A stretch of 64,000 nt of DNA from Thermodesulfobacteriota bacterium (GCA_049323655.1 JBMONO010000006.1:18953-82952), one strand, 5' to 3'. Positions 9,016 to 19,593 are shown, counted from the stretch's first letter. Notes: generated from the sequence alone by a model not told the origin. Program-made: numbers and translations.

Positions 9016-9024
9016 GGCCGGATC

Positions 9025-11217
9025 TTACCCCAGCCGCCGCAGCGGCACGGGACGAACGAAGTTAACCCGCATGCCACGCACGCCGCTGAGCGGATCCTCC
9101 TTGCTGCGGGTCATCAGACCGGTATCGGAGACGCCCCGGCCAAAGGCGGCATGGAGATGGGCGGAGCGACAACCGAAGCCGTGGACCAGGTAGACGCAAT
9201 CGGGCCGGATGCCCGGTGTCACCTTGACCCGAATCTGCTGCAGCGACCTGATTTTGTCCTGATTCTCAAGCAGTACCGCCTCACCGTTTTCAATGCCGAG
9301 CTGAGCCGCCACCGTGTCGTTCAGCCACAATTCGTTTTCCCCCATTTCATGCAGCAACCAGGGATTATTGATGGTGGCGGTCAGGGTATGGACCGGGCTG
9401 CGGCCGGAAAGCAGACGGAAGAACCCGGCGGGCGGCGGCGGGGTCTCCTCGTAGCCGGGCAGCGGGTCCCACCCATTGGCCATGAACTCTGCGGAAAAAA
9501 GGGCGATTTTGCCGTCAGCGGTCGGGAAAGGTCTTGCCGTTCCGGCTACAGGCCCGGTGCTGTCCGGCGATGGATTCGACGTCTGATTGAGGGTCATTAC
9601 CCCTCCGGCGGCGCGCAGCTCTTCGAGACTGAGGTTGACCGCGCCAAGCTGACCATCAAGAAAGGTCCGGCCGTCGCTGAAGGAGAAGGAGTGGGGCCGC
9701 TCCAGCCGGTCAGCCAGTTCCTTGACGATCTGATAGGGTTCCCGGGCCTCGAAACGGGGAGCAATGGCGGGAAAGCCGGCAGCGACCAGGGGCGTGTCTT
9801 CCGCCGTCCCGGTTTCCAGGACGTCATAGCGTTCGAGAAAGGTCGCCTCCGGCAGAATGATATCGGCATAGAGGGCGGTTTCGCCGGGCAACACGTCACA
9901 GCAGAAGACAAAATCGGCCCGCTTGAAGGCATCCACCGTCTTGAAGGGCGAGGAATGGTTCTGGAAAGGGTTCTGCCCCCAGCACCCCACCATCCGGATC
10001 GAGCCACCCAAAATCCCGTTCATCAGCCGGGAAAAGGAAGAGCTTCCCTCCCCCTTGATCCGGGAAAACTGGGCAACAGCGTCAGGCAGAGTCAAGGTGG
10101 ATGGCCGTTGCAGGGCGCCGGGCCGGTCAACGGCGCCGAGCAGCGCCATGAGCAGGGTCTGGGCCCGCACCCGCTGCACATCGTTGCCGTACCAGCTCAG
10201 ATGGCCACCCGGATGAATGATGACCGCCGGGGCGGCGGCAGCCATCAGTTCGGCGGTGCGGATGATTTCCTCTGCGGTCAGACCGGTGATCTCCGCCACC
10301 CGCTGGACCGGATAATTACGCAGGTGCGCGGTGAGTTCCGCAAATCCGGTACAGTGAGCCTCCACCCATCCTTTGTCGTAAAGGCCCTGGAAGACGAGAT
10401 GGTGCATCCAGCCGAGCAGCAGGGCGGTATCAGTGCCGGGGGTGATGGACAGATGGTGACCGGCCTTGGCGGCAATGGCGGAAAAGCGGGGATCGACAAC
10501 GATCAGCTCCGCCCCGCGCTGCCGGGCGGCCAGCAGCCGCCGCAGCTCCGGCACCTGGACGTTCTCGCCGAAATGGCTGCCAAGCAGGACGATGCACCGG
10601 CTCTCCCGGTAGTCGAGGCGAGGCGGATCGCCGGGCTCAAATCCGAAGGTAGCCCGACAGGCCTGATTGCGAATGGCGTCGCAGTGGCTGACCGCCGCAT
10701 CGTGGATCTGAGTGATGCCGCAGTCGGAAAAGAGCTTTTTGATGAAAAAGGAGGAAGGTCCGCCGGTAAAAAGAGCGATGCTCTCCGGGCCGCTCCGGGT
10801 GAGATTTTCCGTCAGCTTGCCGGCGATGGCGGCAAGCGCCTCCTCCCAGCTGATTCGTTTCCACTTGCCGTCACCCCGTTCGCCGACCCGCCGCAGAGGG
10901 TACTTGAGGCGGTCCGGATCATCGACCAGCCGCACCGCTGCCTGGCCGCGGGCGCAGAGGGCGCTGCCGTTGAGGGGGCTCTGGTCGTTGCCCTCCACCT
11001 TGCTCACCCGCTCGCCATCCACCGTTGCCAGCACATGGCAGCGGGCCCGGCACATGGCGCAGAGCGAAGGGACACGGGTCGGCGGGGTGGGCTGCGAAAC
11101 CGGCATCGCGACCGGGGCCTGGGCAAAGGCCGGAGCGGAGCCGACGGGCAACGACAAGGAGAGAAGACCGAGGCCCGAGCCCTGCAGAAAGGTACGGCGG
11201 GAAATACGGTTTAACAT
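9025..11217 (-). CDS. Tat-exported molybdopterin oxidoreductase catalytic subunit (Psr/Phs/Ttr-like MopB family)
   Basis: Tat signal SRRTFLQGSGLGLLSLSLPVGSAPAFA. N-terminal FeS motif CAMCRARCHV...GNDQSPLNGSALCARG. 730 aa with MopB-like blocks throughout. Confidence 0.8.
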   Translation of the reverse strand: MLNRISRRTFLQGSGLGLLSLSLPVGSAPAFAQAPVAMPVSQPTPPTRVPSLCAMCRARCHVLATVDGERVSKVEGNDQSPLNGSALCARGQAAVRLVDDPDRLKYPLRRVGERGDGKWKRISWEEALAAIAGKLTENLTRSGPESIALFTGGPSSFFIKKLFSDCGITQIHDAAVSHCDAIRNQACRATFGFEPGDPPRLDYRESRCIVLLGSHFGENVQVPELRRLLAARQRGAELIVVDPRFSAIAAKAGHHLSITPGTDTALLLGWMHHLVFQGLYDKGWVEAHCTGFAELTAHLRNYPVQRVAEITGLTAEEIIRTAELMAAAAPAVIIHPGGHLSWYGNDVQRVRAQTLLMALLGAVDRPGALQRPSTLTLPDAVAQFSRIKGEGSSSFSRLMNGILGGSIRMVGCWGQNPFQNHSSPFKTVDAFKRADFVFCCDVLPGETALYADIILPEATFLERYDVLETGTAEDTPLVAAGFPAIAPRFEAREPYQIVKELADRLERPHSFSFSDGRTFLDGQLGAVNLSLEELRAAGGVMTLNQTSNPSPDSTGPVAGTARPFPTADGKIALFSAEFMANGWDPLPGYEETPPPPAGFFRLLSGRSPVHTLTATINNPWLLHEMGENELWLNDTVAAQLGIENGEAVLLENQDKIRSLQQIRVKVTPGIRPDCVYLVHGFGCRSAHLHAAFGRGVSDTGLMTRSKEDPLSGVRGMRVNFVRPVPLRRLG

Positions 11218-11280
11218 AAGGACACCTGCGGCTTGCGGATTACTTTGTCCACGGCGACGCCCAGGCGGGCGCCGTCGCTC

Positions 11281-11808
11281 TCATTCCCGCGTCATGAAGC
11301 ACTGACGCAGCTTTTCGCAGACATGATCCGGCACCAGTCCGCTGACATCGCCGCCATGGCGGGCCGCTTCCTTGATGATGCTCGAACTGATGTAAATCCA
11401 GCGGAAGCCGGTCATGAGAAAGACCGTTTCCACCTCCCGCTCGATGCGGCGGTTCATCAGGGCGAGCTGAAACTCGTAATCAAAGTCGGAAACCGCCCGC
11501 AGGCCGCGGACGATGGCCCGGGCTCCCTTGGTGTAGGCGTAATCGACAAGTAATCCCTTCACCGCCTCCACTTCGATTCGTTTCTCATTCTCCGGAAAAC
11601 AGGCGCGGATCATCGCCATCCGCTCCTCCAGGGGAAAAAGCGGCTTTTTCGCGGCATTGACGGCAATGGCCACCACCACCTTGTCAAAAAGATGGAGAGC
11701 GCGCTGGATGATATCAAGATGACCCATGGTGATGGGATCAAAGGTGCCGGGATAGACGGCTATGGACTCTTTGACATCCGGCGCCACAAAGGGGGTGTAG
11801 TCGCTCAC
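11281..11808 (-). CDS. coaD: Phosphopantetheine adenylyltransferase
   Basis: AVYPGTFDPITMGHLDIIQRA and SSSIIKE motifs, 175 aa. Confidence 0.9.
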   Translation of the reverse strand: MSDYTPFVAPDVKESIAVYPGTFDPITMGHLDIIQRALHLFDKVVVAIAVNAAKKPLFPLEERMAMIRACFPENEKRIEVEAVKGLLVDYAYTKGARAIVRGLRAVSDFDYEFQLALMNRRIEREVETVFLMTGFRWIYISSSIIKEAARHGGDVSGLVPDHVCEKLRQCFMTRE

Positions 11809-12392
11809 GCTTTCTCCTCTCTCGCTTCATCGCCCGTCTCATAGAACCAGAAACCGGCCTCGCCGTATGAACGGCGATCATACAGATGCAACCCGCCGCA
11901 CCGTTCAGGGAGGCTGTCTCCGGCCCGGGCTTCGGCCACGACAACGCCGTCGTCGGCAACCAATCCGGCCGCTGCCACTTCGGCAACCATGGATGCGGCA
12001 AAGGCCATTCGGTATGGCGGATCGATGAAGACCAGGGTGAAGCCATCGGCAGGAAGAAGGTCCCGGACACAAAAAAGGCCTCTGGTCAAATCCCGCTGGA
12101 TGACGACGGATTTATCCCGGAAGCCGCAGGCGTCGATGTTTTTCCACAGCAGGGCAACGGCGGCCGGACTCCGGTCGACAAAAAGACAGGATTGGGCCCC
12201 GCGACTCAAGGCCTCAAGACCCATGGCGCCGGTGCCGGCAAAGAGATCAAGCACCCGCGCTCCCGCCGCCGCCCCTGCCAGGATGCTGAAGATCGCCTCC
12301 CGCGCCCGATCCGAGGTCGGCCGGATGTCGCCCTTGCCGCTGCCGGGGGAAAAAAGGCGACGCCCCCTGACCGTTCCACTGATGATGCGCAT
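11805..12392 (-). CDS. rsmD: 16S rRNA (guanine966-N2)-methyltransferase
   Basis: MRIISGTVRGRRL...RPTSDRAREAIFSIL...LDLFAGTGAMGLEALSRGA...FIDPPY. 4-nt overlap with coaD. Confidence 0.85.
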   Translation of the reverse strand: MRIISGTVRGRRLFSPGSGKGDIRPTSDRAREAIFSILAGAAAGARVLDLFAGTGAMGLEALSRGAQSCLFVDRSPAAVALLWKNIDACGFRDKSVVIQRDLTRGLFCVRDLLPADGFTLVFIDPPYRMAFAASMVAEVAAAGLVADDGVVVAEARAGDSLPERCGGLHLYDRRSYGEAGFWFYETGDEAREEKA

Positions 12393-12441
12393 GGCAATCC
12401 AAGCGGCGGCAGCCGGGCCGGGCCTGCCGCCGCGTCATCGA

Positions 12442-13470
12442 TCAGGAAATGTATTTATCGATCAACACCTCGGCGATCTGCACCGCATTCAGGGCAGCAC
12501 CCTTGAGGATATTGTCCGACACGACCCACATATTGATGCCGTTGGCAATGGACTCGTCCTCGCGGATCCGACCAACCAGGGTCTCGAATTTCCCCTGACA
12601 ATCGAGGGCGAGCGGATACTGGCTGAGCTGGGGATTGTCCACCAGTTTCACCCCCGGCGCATCGGCCAGCAGCTCCTTGACCCGGGCGGCGGAGATCTTT
12701 TCCTTTGTTTCGATGTTGACCGCTTCGGAATGGCCGTAAAAGACCGGCACCCGAACGGTGGTGGCGGTGACGCCGATGGCGGGGTCGTCGAAGATCTTGC
12801 GCGTCTCGTTGACCATCTTCATCTCTTCCTTGGTGTAGCCATTGTCGAGGAAGCTGTCGATATGGGGCAGACAGTTGAAGAGGATCTGGTGCGGATAGAC
12901 GTTTTTCTCGATTTTCGCGCCCGCGGCCCAGGCCCTGGCCTGATTCTGCAGCTCCTCGATGGCCTTGGCGCCGGTGCCGGACACCGCCTGATAGGTGGAA
13001 ACGACGATGCGTTTGATGCCGACTGCGTCGCGGATCGGCTTTAAGGCCACCAGCATCTGGATGGTGGAACAGTTGGGGTTGGCGATGATGCCCCGTTTCG
13101 TGTACTGAGCGATGGCATCAGGGTTGACCTCAGGCACGACCAGGGGAATATCGGGCTCCATGCGGAAGGCGCTGGAATTGTCCACCACCACCGCGCCGGC
13201 AGCGGCCGCCGCCGGGGCAAATTCCAGGGAGCGGGAGCCGCCGGCGGAAAAGAGCGCCACATCGATGCCGGTAAAGGCGTTCTTGTCGAGGAGCTGAACC
13301 GGGATCTCCTTGCCTTTGAAGACCAGTTTTTTACCGACGGAACGCTCCGAGGCGAGCAGCCTCAGTTCCCTGACCGGGAAATTTCTCCGTTCCAGCACAT
13401 CGAGCATGGCGCCGCCAACCGCACCGGTGGCGCCGGCCACCGCAACATTGTATCCTTCTGTTCTCCTCAT
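12442..13470 (-). CDS. asd: Aspartate-semialdehyde dehydrogenase
   Basis: VAVAGATGAVG, NPNCSTIQM (active-site Cys), 342 aa. Confidence 0.9.
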   Translation of the reverse strand: MRRTEGYNVAVAGATGAVGGAMLDVLERRNFPVRELRLLASERSVGKKLVFKGKEIPVQLLDKNAFTGIDVALFSAGGSRSLEFAPAAAAAGAVVVDNSSAFRMEPDIPLVVPEVNPDAIAQYTKRGIIANPNCSTIQMLVALKPIRDAVGIKRIVVSTYQAVSGTGAKAIEELQNQARAWAAGAKIEKNVYPHQILFNCLPHIDSFLDNGYTKEEMKMVNETRKIFDDPAIGVTATTVRVPVFYGHSEAVNIETKEKISAARVKELLADAPGVKLVDNPQLSQYPLALDCQGKFETLVGRIREDESIANGINMWVVSDNILKGAALNAVQIAEVLIDKYIS

Positions 13471-13473
13471 GGA

Positions 13474-15030
13474 TCAACCTTTCTCTTTCCTTTCTGTTTT
13501 CAGATAAACCAGACGGTTCAGTGCATTTAAATAGGCCTTGGCCGCGGCGGTGATGATATCCGGGTCCGCGCCCTGACCTATGACAATTTTTCCCTCATCC
13601 TCGATGCGCACCATCACCTCGCCCTGGGCATCGGTGCCGCCGGTGATGGAGCTGACAGCAAAGTACAGCAGCTTGCTCGTCGTTCCGGTCAGCCGGGCGA
13701 TGGTGCGAAAGGCGCTGTCGATCGGGCCGACGCCGATGGCGGCGTCCTGCACCTCCCGGCCATGGACCAGCAGTTTTACCGCCGCGGTCGGCATGGTCTT
13801 GTTGCCGCTCATGGCGCCGAGCGAGACGAGCTGGTAGGTCTCAGGGATACGGACGATCTCGTCGAGGAGGATGGCCTCAAGATCCTCGTCGAACATCTCC
13901 TTCTTGACGTCGGCGATCTCTTTGAAACGGTGAAAGACCCGATTCAGTTCATCATCGGTGAGGTTGTCGTAACCCAACGATTTTACCCGCTCCCGCAGGG
14001 CATGGCGGCCGGAATGTTTACCCAGCACGAGATTGCCTGAGGTGAGCCCGATATCACAGGGATTCATGATCTCGTAGGTGGTGCGCTCTTTCAGGACGCC
14101 GTCCTGATGGATGCCGGACTCGTGGGCAAAGGCGTTGGCGCCGACGATGGCCTTGTTGGGCTGAACGATCATGCCGGTGATGGCGCTGACCATGCGGCTT
14201 GTCGAGTGGATATGCTCGGTGACGATGTCGGTGCGGGCGTTGACCCGGTCAGACCGGGTGCGCAGCGCCATGACCACCTCCTCCATGGCGGTGTTGCCGG
14301 CTCGCTCGCCGATACCATTGATGGTGCATTCCACCTGCCGCGCCCCGGCATTGATGGCGGCCAGAGAATTGGCGACCGCCAGTCCGAGGTCATTGTGACA
14401 GTGGACGCTGATCATGGCACGGTCGATATTAGGAATATGCTCTATCAGATATCGAATCTTGGCGGCGAACTCATCCGGCAGTGCGTATCCGGTGGTGTCG
14501 GGAAAGTTGAGCACCCGGGCCCCGGCATCGATCACCGCGGCAAAGACCTGGCAGACAAAATCGAGATCGCTGCGCGAGGCGTCCTCGGCGGAAAACTCGA
14601 CATTGCCGGTATACTTCGCCGCATGGCGCACCGATTTCACCGCCAGCTCCAGCATCTGCTCCCGGCTCATACGCAGTTTGTGCTTGAGATGGATGTCCGA
14701 GGTGGCGAGAAAGGTGTGGATTCGCGGATTTTCTCCTTTTTTCAGGGCCTCCCAGGCGGTATCGATATCCTTCTGATTGCAGCGGGCCAGCGCCGCAATC
14801 TGGGCCCCGCGGATATTGTCGGCGATATTCTTGACACAGTCGAAATCTCCGCCCGAGGCCACCGGAAAGCCGGCCTCGATGACATCGACCTGCAGTTTCA
14901 CGAGCTGCTGGGCCAGGCGGAACTTTTCCTGCATGTTCATGGTGGCGCCGGGGGACTGTTCCCCGTCGCGCAGGGTGGTGTCAAAGATAAAAACCTTGTT
15001 CTTGTCGATGCTGCCGTCAGCTGCCATCAT
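13474..15030 (-). CDS. leuA: 2-isopropylmalate synthase
   Basis: IFDTTLRDGEQSPGATM, HCHNDLGLAVANSLAA, C-terminal LeuA dimerisation region, 518 aa. Confidence 0.92.
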   Translation of the reverse strand: MMAADGSIDKNKVFIFDTTLRDGEQSPGATMNMQEKFRLAQQLVKLQVDVIEAGFPVASGGDFDCVKNIADNIRGAQIAALARCNQKDIDTAWEALKKGENPRIHTFLATSDIHLKHKLRMSREQMLELAVKSVRHAAKYTGNVEFSAEDASRSDLDFVCQVFAAVIDAGARVLNFPDTTGYALPDEFAAKIRYLIEHIPNIDRAMISVHCHNDLGLAVANSLAAINAGARQVECTINGIGERAGNTAMEEVVMALRTRSDRVNARTDIVTEHIHSTSRMVSAITGMIVQPNKAIVGANAFAHESGIHQDGVLKERTTYEIMNPCDIGLTSGNLVLGKHSGRHALRERVKSLGYDNLTDDELNRVFHRFKEIADVKKEMFDEDLEAILLDEIVRIPETYQLVSLGAMSGNKTMPTAAVKLLVHGREVQDAAIGVGPIDSAFRTIARLTGTTSKLLYFAVSSITGGTDAQGEVMVRIEDEGKIVIGQGADPDIITAAAKAYLNALNRLVYLKTERKEKG

Positions 15031-15319
15031 ATATGTTTCCTCCGTTCAGCGGTCGGCAACCACCGGCCGCCGTTTGAATGATGTCCATGCACTCACTGTC
15101 CCATTCTCCTTCCGTTCCAAGAACCCCCGCAAGGGGTCCGCGTAGAGCCAGAAAAAAATCGGCCGGAAAAAGGGAGACCAGTTGCATGCAACGATCATTC
15201 ACAACAGGAAAATGTGTGGAATAAGCCATGAAGGCACCTGTTTTTTTACGAGCGGATAACAAATACATCACATCAAACTACCGTGACCGGCGCCAACAAC
15301 GCACCCCAACCTGCGCCCC

Positions 15320-15964
15320 TCAGGAAAGATAGCCGAGAATCGTTTCTCCGGCCTTGACTTTCTGGCCGATCCGCACCTCGATCTGAGTCTTCTGCGGCAG
15401 GTAGAGATCGACTCTGGAGCCGAAACGAATCAGGCCGAATCGCTGGCCGCGTCGGAGAAAATCACCCTTCTCCGCCCAGCAGACCACCCGGCGGGCAATA
15501 AGACCGGCCACCTGCACCACGGCAAAACGACAGCCGGGCTCGGTTTTCATGATCAGCGCGCCATATTCGTTTTCCAGGGCGCCTCGCTCCGTGTTGGCGG
15601 AATAAAAGCGACCCGGCGAATAACAAACCGATTCCACCTTTCCGGGAAAAGGGCTGCGGTTGACATGAACATTGAAAATGTTCATGAAGATGCTGATCTT
15701 GTAAACGTGCTCATTGACAAAGCGATCGTCAAATACCGATTCCACGGCAATCACCTTGCCGTCCGCCGGGGCCACCAGCGCATCCTCCGCCTCCGGGGTA
15801 ATCCGTTCCGGATCACGGAAAAAATAGAGGATAAAAACGGTGAGCCCCATGGCGGCAAAGGCGGCCGTATCATAGTTCAGCAGCGCAAGGATGACGGCGA
15901 CAAATGCGGCGATGCCGATGAACGGGTAGCCTTCCCTGGCCACTGGGATCTGTGCTTCTTTCAT
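15320..15964 (-). CDS. psd: Phosphatidylserine decarboxylase (short Asd/archaetidylserine-type proenzyme)
   Basis: VNEHVYKISIFMNIFNVHVNRSPFPG...GQRFGLIRFGSRVDLYLP (GS cleavage site). I use ATG 15964 (MKEAQIP...). The track ORF start at 16222 reads through repeat copy C. Confidence 0.8.
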   Translation of the reverse strand: MKEAQIPVAREGYPFIGIAAFVAVILALLNYDTAAFAAMGLTVFILYFFRDPERITPEAEDALVAPADGKVIAVESVFDDRFVNEHVYKISIFMNIFNVHVNRSPFPGKVESVCYSPGRFYSANTERGALENEYGALIMKTEPGCRFAVVQVAGLIARRVVCWAEKGDFLRRGQRFGLIRFGSRVDLYLPQKTQIEVRIGQKVKAGETILGYLS

Positions 15965-16029
15965 CGTTCCTGCTTCCGGGGCGATGCCGGTGGTCTGGAT
16001 TTGCTGCTGCTGTTGCTGTTTTATAAAAT

Positions 16030-16136
16030 CGTAAAAAACCGTTTCCCCACTGAGAGGAGAGAGGACACTGAGAAAATATATTGAATTACAATTAGCTATC
16101 TCCGTGATCTCTCTGTGCTCTGCGGTCGATTTCCAG
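16030..16136 (+). repeat. MITE-like intergenic repeat, copy C (diverged)
   Basis: CGTAAAAAACCGTTTCCCCACTGAGAGGAGAGAGGACACTGAGAAAATATATTGAATTACAATTAGCTATCTCCGTGATCTCTCTGTGCTCTGCGGTCGATTTCC. Confidence 0.75.
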
Positions 16137-16252
16137 CACTCCTGTTGCCGTTCCCTGACGCAATAAACCGGTACCCGCGGGGATACCGGTTTATTGCCAT
16201 CTGCTGCCGCGAAAACGCTCACCTCTTCCCTCCCCTGCGGGAGGCAGGTGAA

Positions 16253-16738
16253 TCAGTATTTCTTACTGGCCCTGGTCATGGCAATGGTGCCGGTGCGGAC
16301 AATCTCCTGGATGCCGATGGGCCGCAGGATATCAATCATCGCCTGCACCTTGTCGCAGGTGCCGGTCACCTCCACCGCATAACTCTTGGCACTGACATCC
16401 ACCACCCGACCGCGGAAAATATCGCAGATACGGAGAATTTCGGCCCGGGTGGCGGGTTCGGCCTTTACCCGGATGAGCGCCATCTCCCGCTCCACGTATT
16501 CGGATTCGCTGATATCGGTCACCTTGATGACATCAATCAGCTTATGGAGTTGCTTGGTAATCTGCTCGACAATGGCATCGTCGCCGCTGGTCACCAGGGT
16601 GAGACAGGAAACGTCCCGTTCCAGGGTCGGGGCAACGGACAAACTTTCGATATTAAATCCCCGGCCGCTGAACAGCCCGGTCACCCGGGAGAGCACTCCG
16701 GGTTTGTTTTGCAGAAGTACGGATATGGTATGTTTCAT
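16253..16738 (-). CDS. ilvN: Acetolactate synthase small (regulatory) subunit
   Basis: MKHTISVLLQNKPGVLSRVTGLFSGRGFNIESLSV ACT domain, 161 aa. Confidence 0.92.
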   Translation of the reverse strand: MKHTISVLLQNKPGVLSRVTGLFSGRGFNIESLSVAPTLERDVSCLTLVTSGDDAIVEQITKQLHKLIDVIKVTDISESEYVEREMALIRVKAEPATRAEILRICDIFRGRVVDVSAKSYAVEVTGTCDKVQAMIDILRPIGIQEIVRTGTIAMTRASKKY

Positions 16739-16776
16739 GGGAATCGACCTGCCTCTTTATCGCGTAATTGCCGGCC

Positions 16777-18477
16777 TTAGACCAGCAGCATTTCAGTGGT
16801 TGCCTTGCCGGCCGGAACCATGGGAAAGACCCCTTCCTCCCGGTCGATGACAAAATCCATGACAACAAGATTGTTGGTTGCCAGGGCTTCCTTGATCACC
16901 GGTTCCACTTCGCTCGGTTTGGTCGCCCGCAGGCCGACCGCTCCGTAAGCCCTGGCCAGGGCGACAAAATCCGGGGCAACATCAAGCGGGGTGGCCGAGT
17001 ATTTCCTGTTGTAGAACAGCTCCTGCCATTGCCGGACCATGCCGAGGAAATTGTTATTCAGAATGGCGATTTTGACCGGCAGTTTATACTGCATGGCCGT
17101 GGCCATTTCCTGAATATTCATCTGGATGCTGCCGTCGCCGGCAATGTCGATGACGGTGCGGTCCGGGGCTGCCATCTGGGCGCCGATCGCCGCCGGGAAA
17201 CCGTAGCCCATGACGCCGAGACCGCCGGAGGTCATAAAGGCCCGGGGATGATTGAAGTGATAAAACTGGGCAGCCCACATCTGGTTCTGCCCTACCTCGG
17301 TGGTGATGATGGCGTTGCCGCCGGTCAGTTCATGCAGCTTCTGAACGACAAACTGGGGCTTGATGACGTCCGGCTTCTCGACATAACCCAGCGGATGAGC
17401 CTTCTGCCACTCTTTGATCTGCTGCAACCACGGCTGGTGTTTGGCCTTTTCCGCCTCCTGGTTGAAATCGGCGCTGCGGCCGAACCAGCTATTCATGCTG
17501 GTCAGGGCATGCTTGCAGTCGGCAACGATGGGGATATGAACCTTGACGTTCTTGCTGATCGAAGTCGGGTCAATATCGATGTGGATAATCTTCGCATGCG
17601 GGGCAAAGGCATCGACTCGACCGGTGACCCTGTCGTCAAAGCGGGCGCCCACCGCAATAAGCAGATCGCAGTTGGCCACCGCCATGTTGGCGTAATAGGT
17701 GCCGTGCATACCGAGCATTCCCATGGAGAGCGGGTCGGTGCCGGGAAAGCCGCCGAGTCCCATCAGGGTCATGGTGACCGGGATATCGAGCTTGCGGGCC
17801 AGTTCGGTCAACTCCTCGTGCGCATTGGACAGGATAACGCCGCCACCGGCATAGAGGACCGGTCTTTTTGCCTGCATAATCGCCTGGCATGCCTTTTCGA
17901 TCTGGCCGGGATGCGGCTCGTAGGTTGGCCGGTAAGTGCGCATCCGGACCTCTTCCGGCTCCGGAAAGGTGATGCGCGAGGCAAGCACGTCCTTGGGCAG
18001 ATCGATGAGCACCGGGCCGGGACGACCACTGCGGGCGATATGGAAGGCCTCGCGGATGGTGGCAACCAGATCGCGGGCGTTCTTGACCAGATAGTTGTGT
18101 TTCGTGCAGGGACGGGTGATGCCGACGATATCGACCTCCTGAAAGGCATCGTTGCCGATCAGAGCGGTGGGCACCTGACCGGTTAAGACAACGATGGGGA
18201 TCGAATCCATGTAGGCGGAAGCAATACCGGTAACCGTATTGGTGGCGCCGGGACCGGAGGTCACCAGGGCAACCCCGACATCGCCGGTGACCCGGGCGTA
18301 GGCATCGGCGGCGTGGACCGCGGCCTGCTCGTGACGGACCAGGACATGGGTCAATTTTTCGTTTGCCAGGATTTCATCATAAAGATCGATGACCGCGCCT
18401 CCGGGAAATCCAAAGATCGTGTTCACCTTCTGTTCTTCCAAGCATTTCAGTACTGCCTGTGCGCCTGTCATTTTCAT
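16777..18477 (-). CDS. ilvB: Acetolactate synthase large (catalytic) subunit
   Basis: [29 protein letters not shown]..., ThDP motif [15 protein letters not shown]...[11 protein letters not shown]. Start taken at ATG 18477/18471 rather than the track start at 18591. Confidence 0.92.
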   Translation of the reverse strand: MKMTGAQAVLKCLEEQKVNTIFGFPGGAVIDLYDEILANEKLTHVLVRHEQAAVHAADAYARVTGDVGVALVTSGPGATNTVTGIASAYMDSIPIVVLTGQVPTALIGNDAFQEVDIVGITRPCTKHNYLVKNARDLVATIREAFHIARSGRPGPVLIDLPKDVLASRITFPEPEEVRMRTYRPTYEPHPGQIEKACQAIMQAKRPVLYAGGGVILSNAHEELTELARKLDIPVTMTLMGLGGFPGTDPLSMGMLGMHGTYYANMAVANCDLLIAVGARFDDRVTGRVDAFAPHAKIIHIDIDPTSISKNVKVHIPIVADCKHALTSMNSWFGRSADFNQEAEKAKHQPWLQQIKEWQKAHPLGYVEKPDVIKPQFVVQKLHELTGGNAIITTEVGQNQMWAAQFYHFNHPRAFMTSGGLGVMGYGFPAAIGAQMAAPDRTVIDIAGDGSIQMNIQEMATAMQYKLPVKIAILNNNFLGMVRQWQELFYNRKYSATPLDVAPDFVALARAYGAVGLRATKPSEVEPVIKEALATNNLVVMDFVIDREEGVFPMVPAGKATTEMLLV

Positions 18478-18627
18478 AAAATCTACCTGCTGTTTTAAGT
18501 ATAAAAATAATCGGTGGAATCGGGAACCGCGAACATTTCGGCGAATGCACCGGAACGGCTGAGAACGGGTCGGCAGAAAAAGAGACATCATCCCTGCGGG
18601 ATTACCCGGATATTTAAGCAGAAGGTA

Positions 18628-18655
18628 ACTATAGCCCCTGCCCGTGAATTGTCAA
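18628..18655 (-). promoter_or_regulatory. Candidate sigma70 promoter for ilvBN
   Basis: On the minus strand: TTGACA (18655-18650), a 16-nt spacer, TATAGT (18633-18628), about 150 nt upstream of the ilvB start. Confidence 0.45.
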
Positions 18656-18762
18656 GTCTGTTCCTCCTCTTTTAAACGAAATCATGGCCGCAGGCAAACA
18701 AAATAAGAACAATTCTCATCTGCTGAAAATTTCTCTTCCGGGCAAGCCCCGGCAAACAGCGT

Positions 18763-19593
18763 TCATTCGAGAAATAAAGAGGTTTTCGACAGGGGAAGAA
18801 TCCCCGCCGCCATCCCGCGCCGCATGAACTCCCGGATCGCCGCTTCCCCTTCTTCGCCAAGATCACGTGAGAAATCGGTAACATAGAGACTGATATGGCT
18901 TGCCACCACCCCGTCATCCAGCACCCGAGCATACTGCCTTACATAGTCGCGACTGGCCAGGGGATCGGCAAAGGCCTGCGCCACGCTGCCGGCGATACAA
19001 CGCTCCACCGCCGCCAGGGTCTCGCGGCCCAGTGTCCGACGGGCCGCAATGCCGCCCAGCGGAATGGGATGGCCGGTGGTTTCCTCCCACCAGCGGCCGA
19101 GATCAAGCAGGGCGACAAGTCCGTGATCGGCATAGGTAAAACGGCTTTCGTGGATGATGATCCCGCAATCGACGTCGCCGCGGCTGACCGCCGGCATAAT
19201 GCGCTCAAAGGACATGGGGAGCAACCGGTAATCCGCCTGGGAAAAGAGTTGCAGGAGCATGGCGGCGGTGGTGTACCGTCCCGGGATGGCGATGGTTCGT
19301 CCGGTGAGATCATCAGCGGCAAAGGGGCTGCGCGCCACCAGCAGCGGACCGCAACCGCGGCCAAGAGCGGCACCGGCGCGAAGCAGCACATAATCTGCCA
19401 GGACATGGCCAAGGGCATGAAAGGAGAGCTTGGTGACATCGAGACGAGCGGCCAGCGCCCATTCATTCAAGGTCTCGACATCAGCCAGCAGCGGCGGATC
19501 AAAAGGCGGACAGCAGGGAGCGGCCCGGCGATTCACCAGGGCATGAAAGATGAACGTATCATTGGGACAGGGAGAAAATCCGAGACTCAGCAT
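18763..19593 (-). CDS. mqnD: 1,4-dihydroxy-6-naphthoate synthase (futalosine pathway)
   Basis: MLSLGFSPCPNDTFIFHALV... is an MqnD-type N-terminus. 276 aa, adjacent to mqnB. Confidence 0.8.
   Translation of the reverse strand: MLSLGFSPCPNDTFIFHALVNRRAAPCCPPFDPPLLADVETLNEWALAARLDVTKLSFHALGHVLADYVLLRAGAALGRGCGPLLVARSPFAADDLTGRTIAIPGRYTTAAMLLQLFSQADYRLLPMSFERIMPAVSRGDVDCGIIIHESRFTYADHGLVALLDLGRWWEETTGHPIPLGGIAARRTLGRETLAAVERCIAGSVAQAFADPLASRDYVRQYARVLDDGVVASHISLYVTDFSRDLGEEGEAAIREFMRRGMAAGILPLSKTSLFLE

Noticed and set aside
8569-11214. 881-aa plus-strand ORF, the longest in the track.
   Set aside because: It is antisense to the Tat-signal molybdopterin oxidoreductase. Its composition is G/A/R/P-rich and low-complexity with no motifs. 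This is the typical stop-free antisense frame of a GC-rich gene.
15320-16738. psd embedded between ilvBN and leuA looked like an odd insertion.
   Set aside because: As far as I recall, psd (often with pssA) sits inside the ilv-leu cluster in Geobacter-type genomes too, so this is probably an inherited arrangement. Only the MITE copy C between ilvN and psd is noteworthy.
16768-18186. 472-aa plus-strand ORF.
   Set aside because: It is antisense to ilvB, whose ThDP-enzyme motifs are unambiguous.
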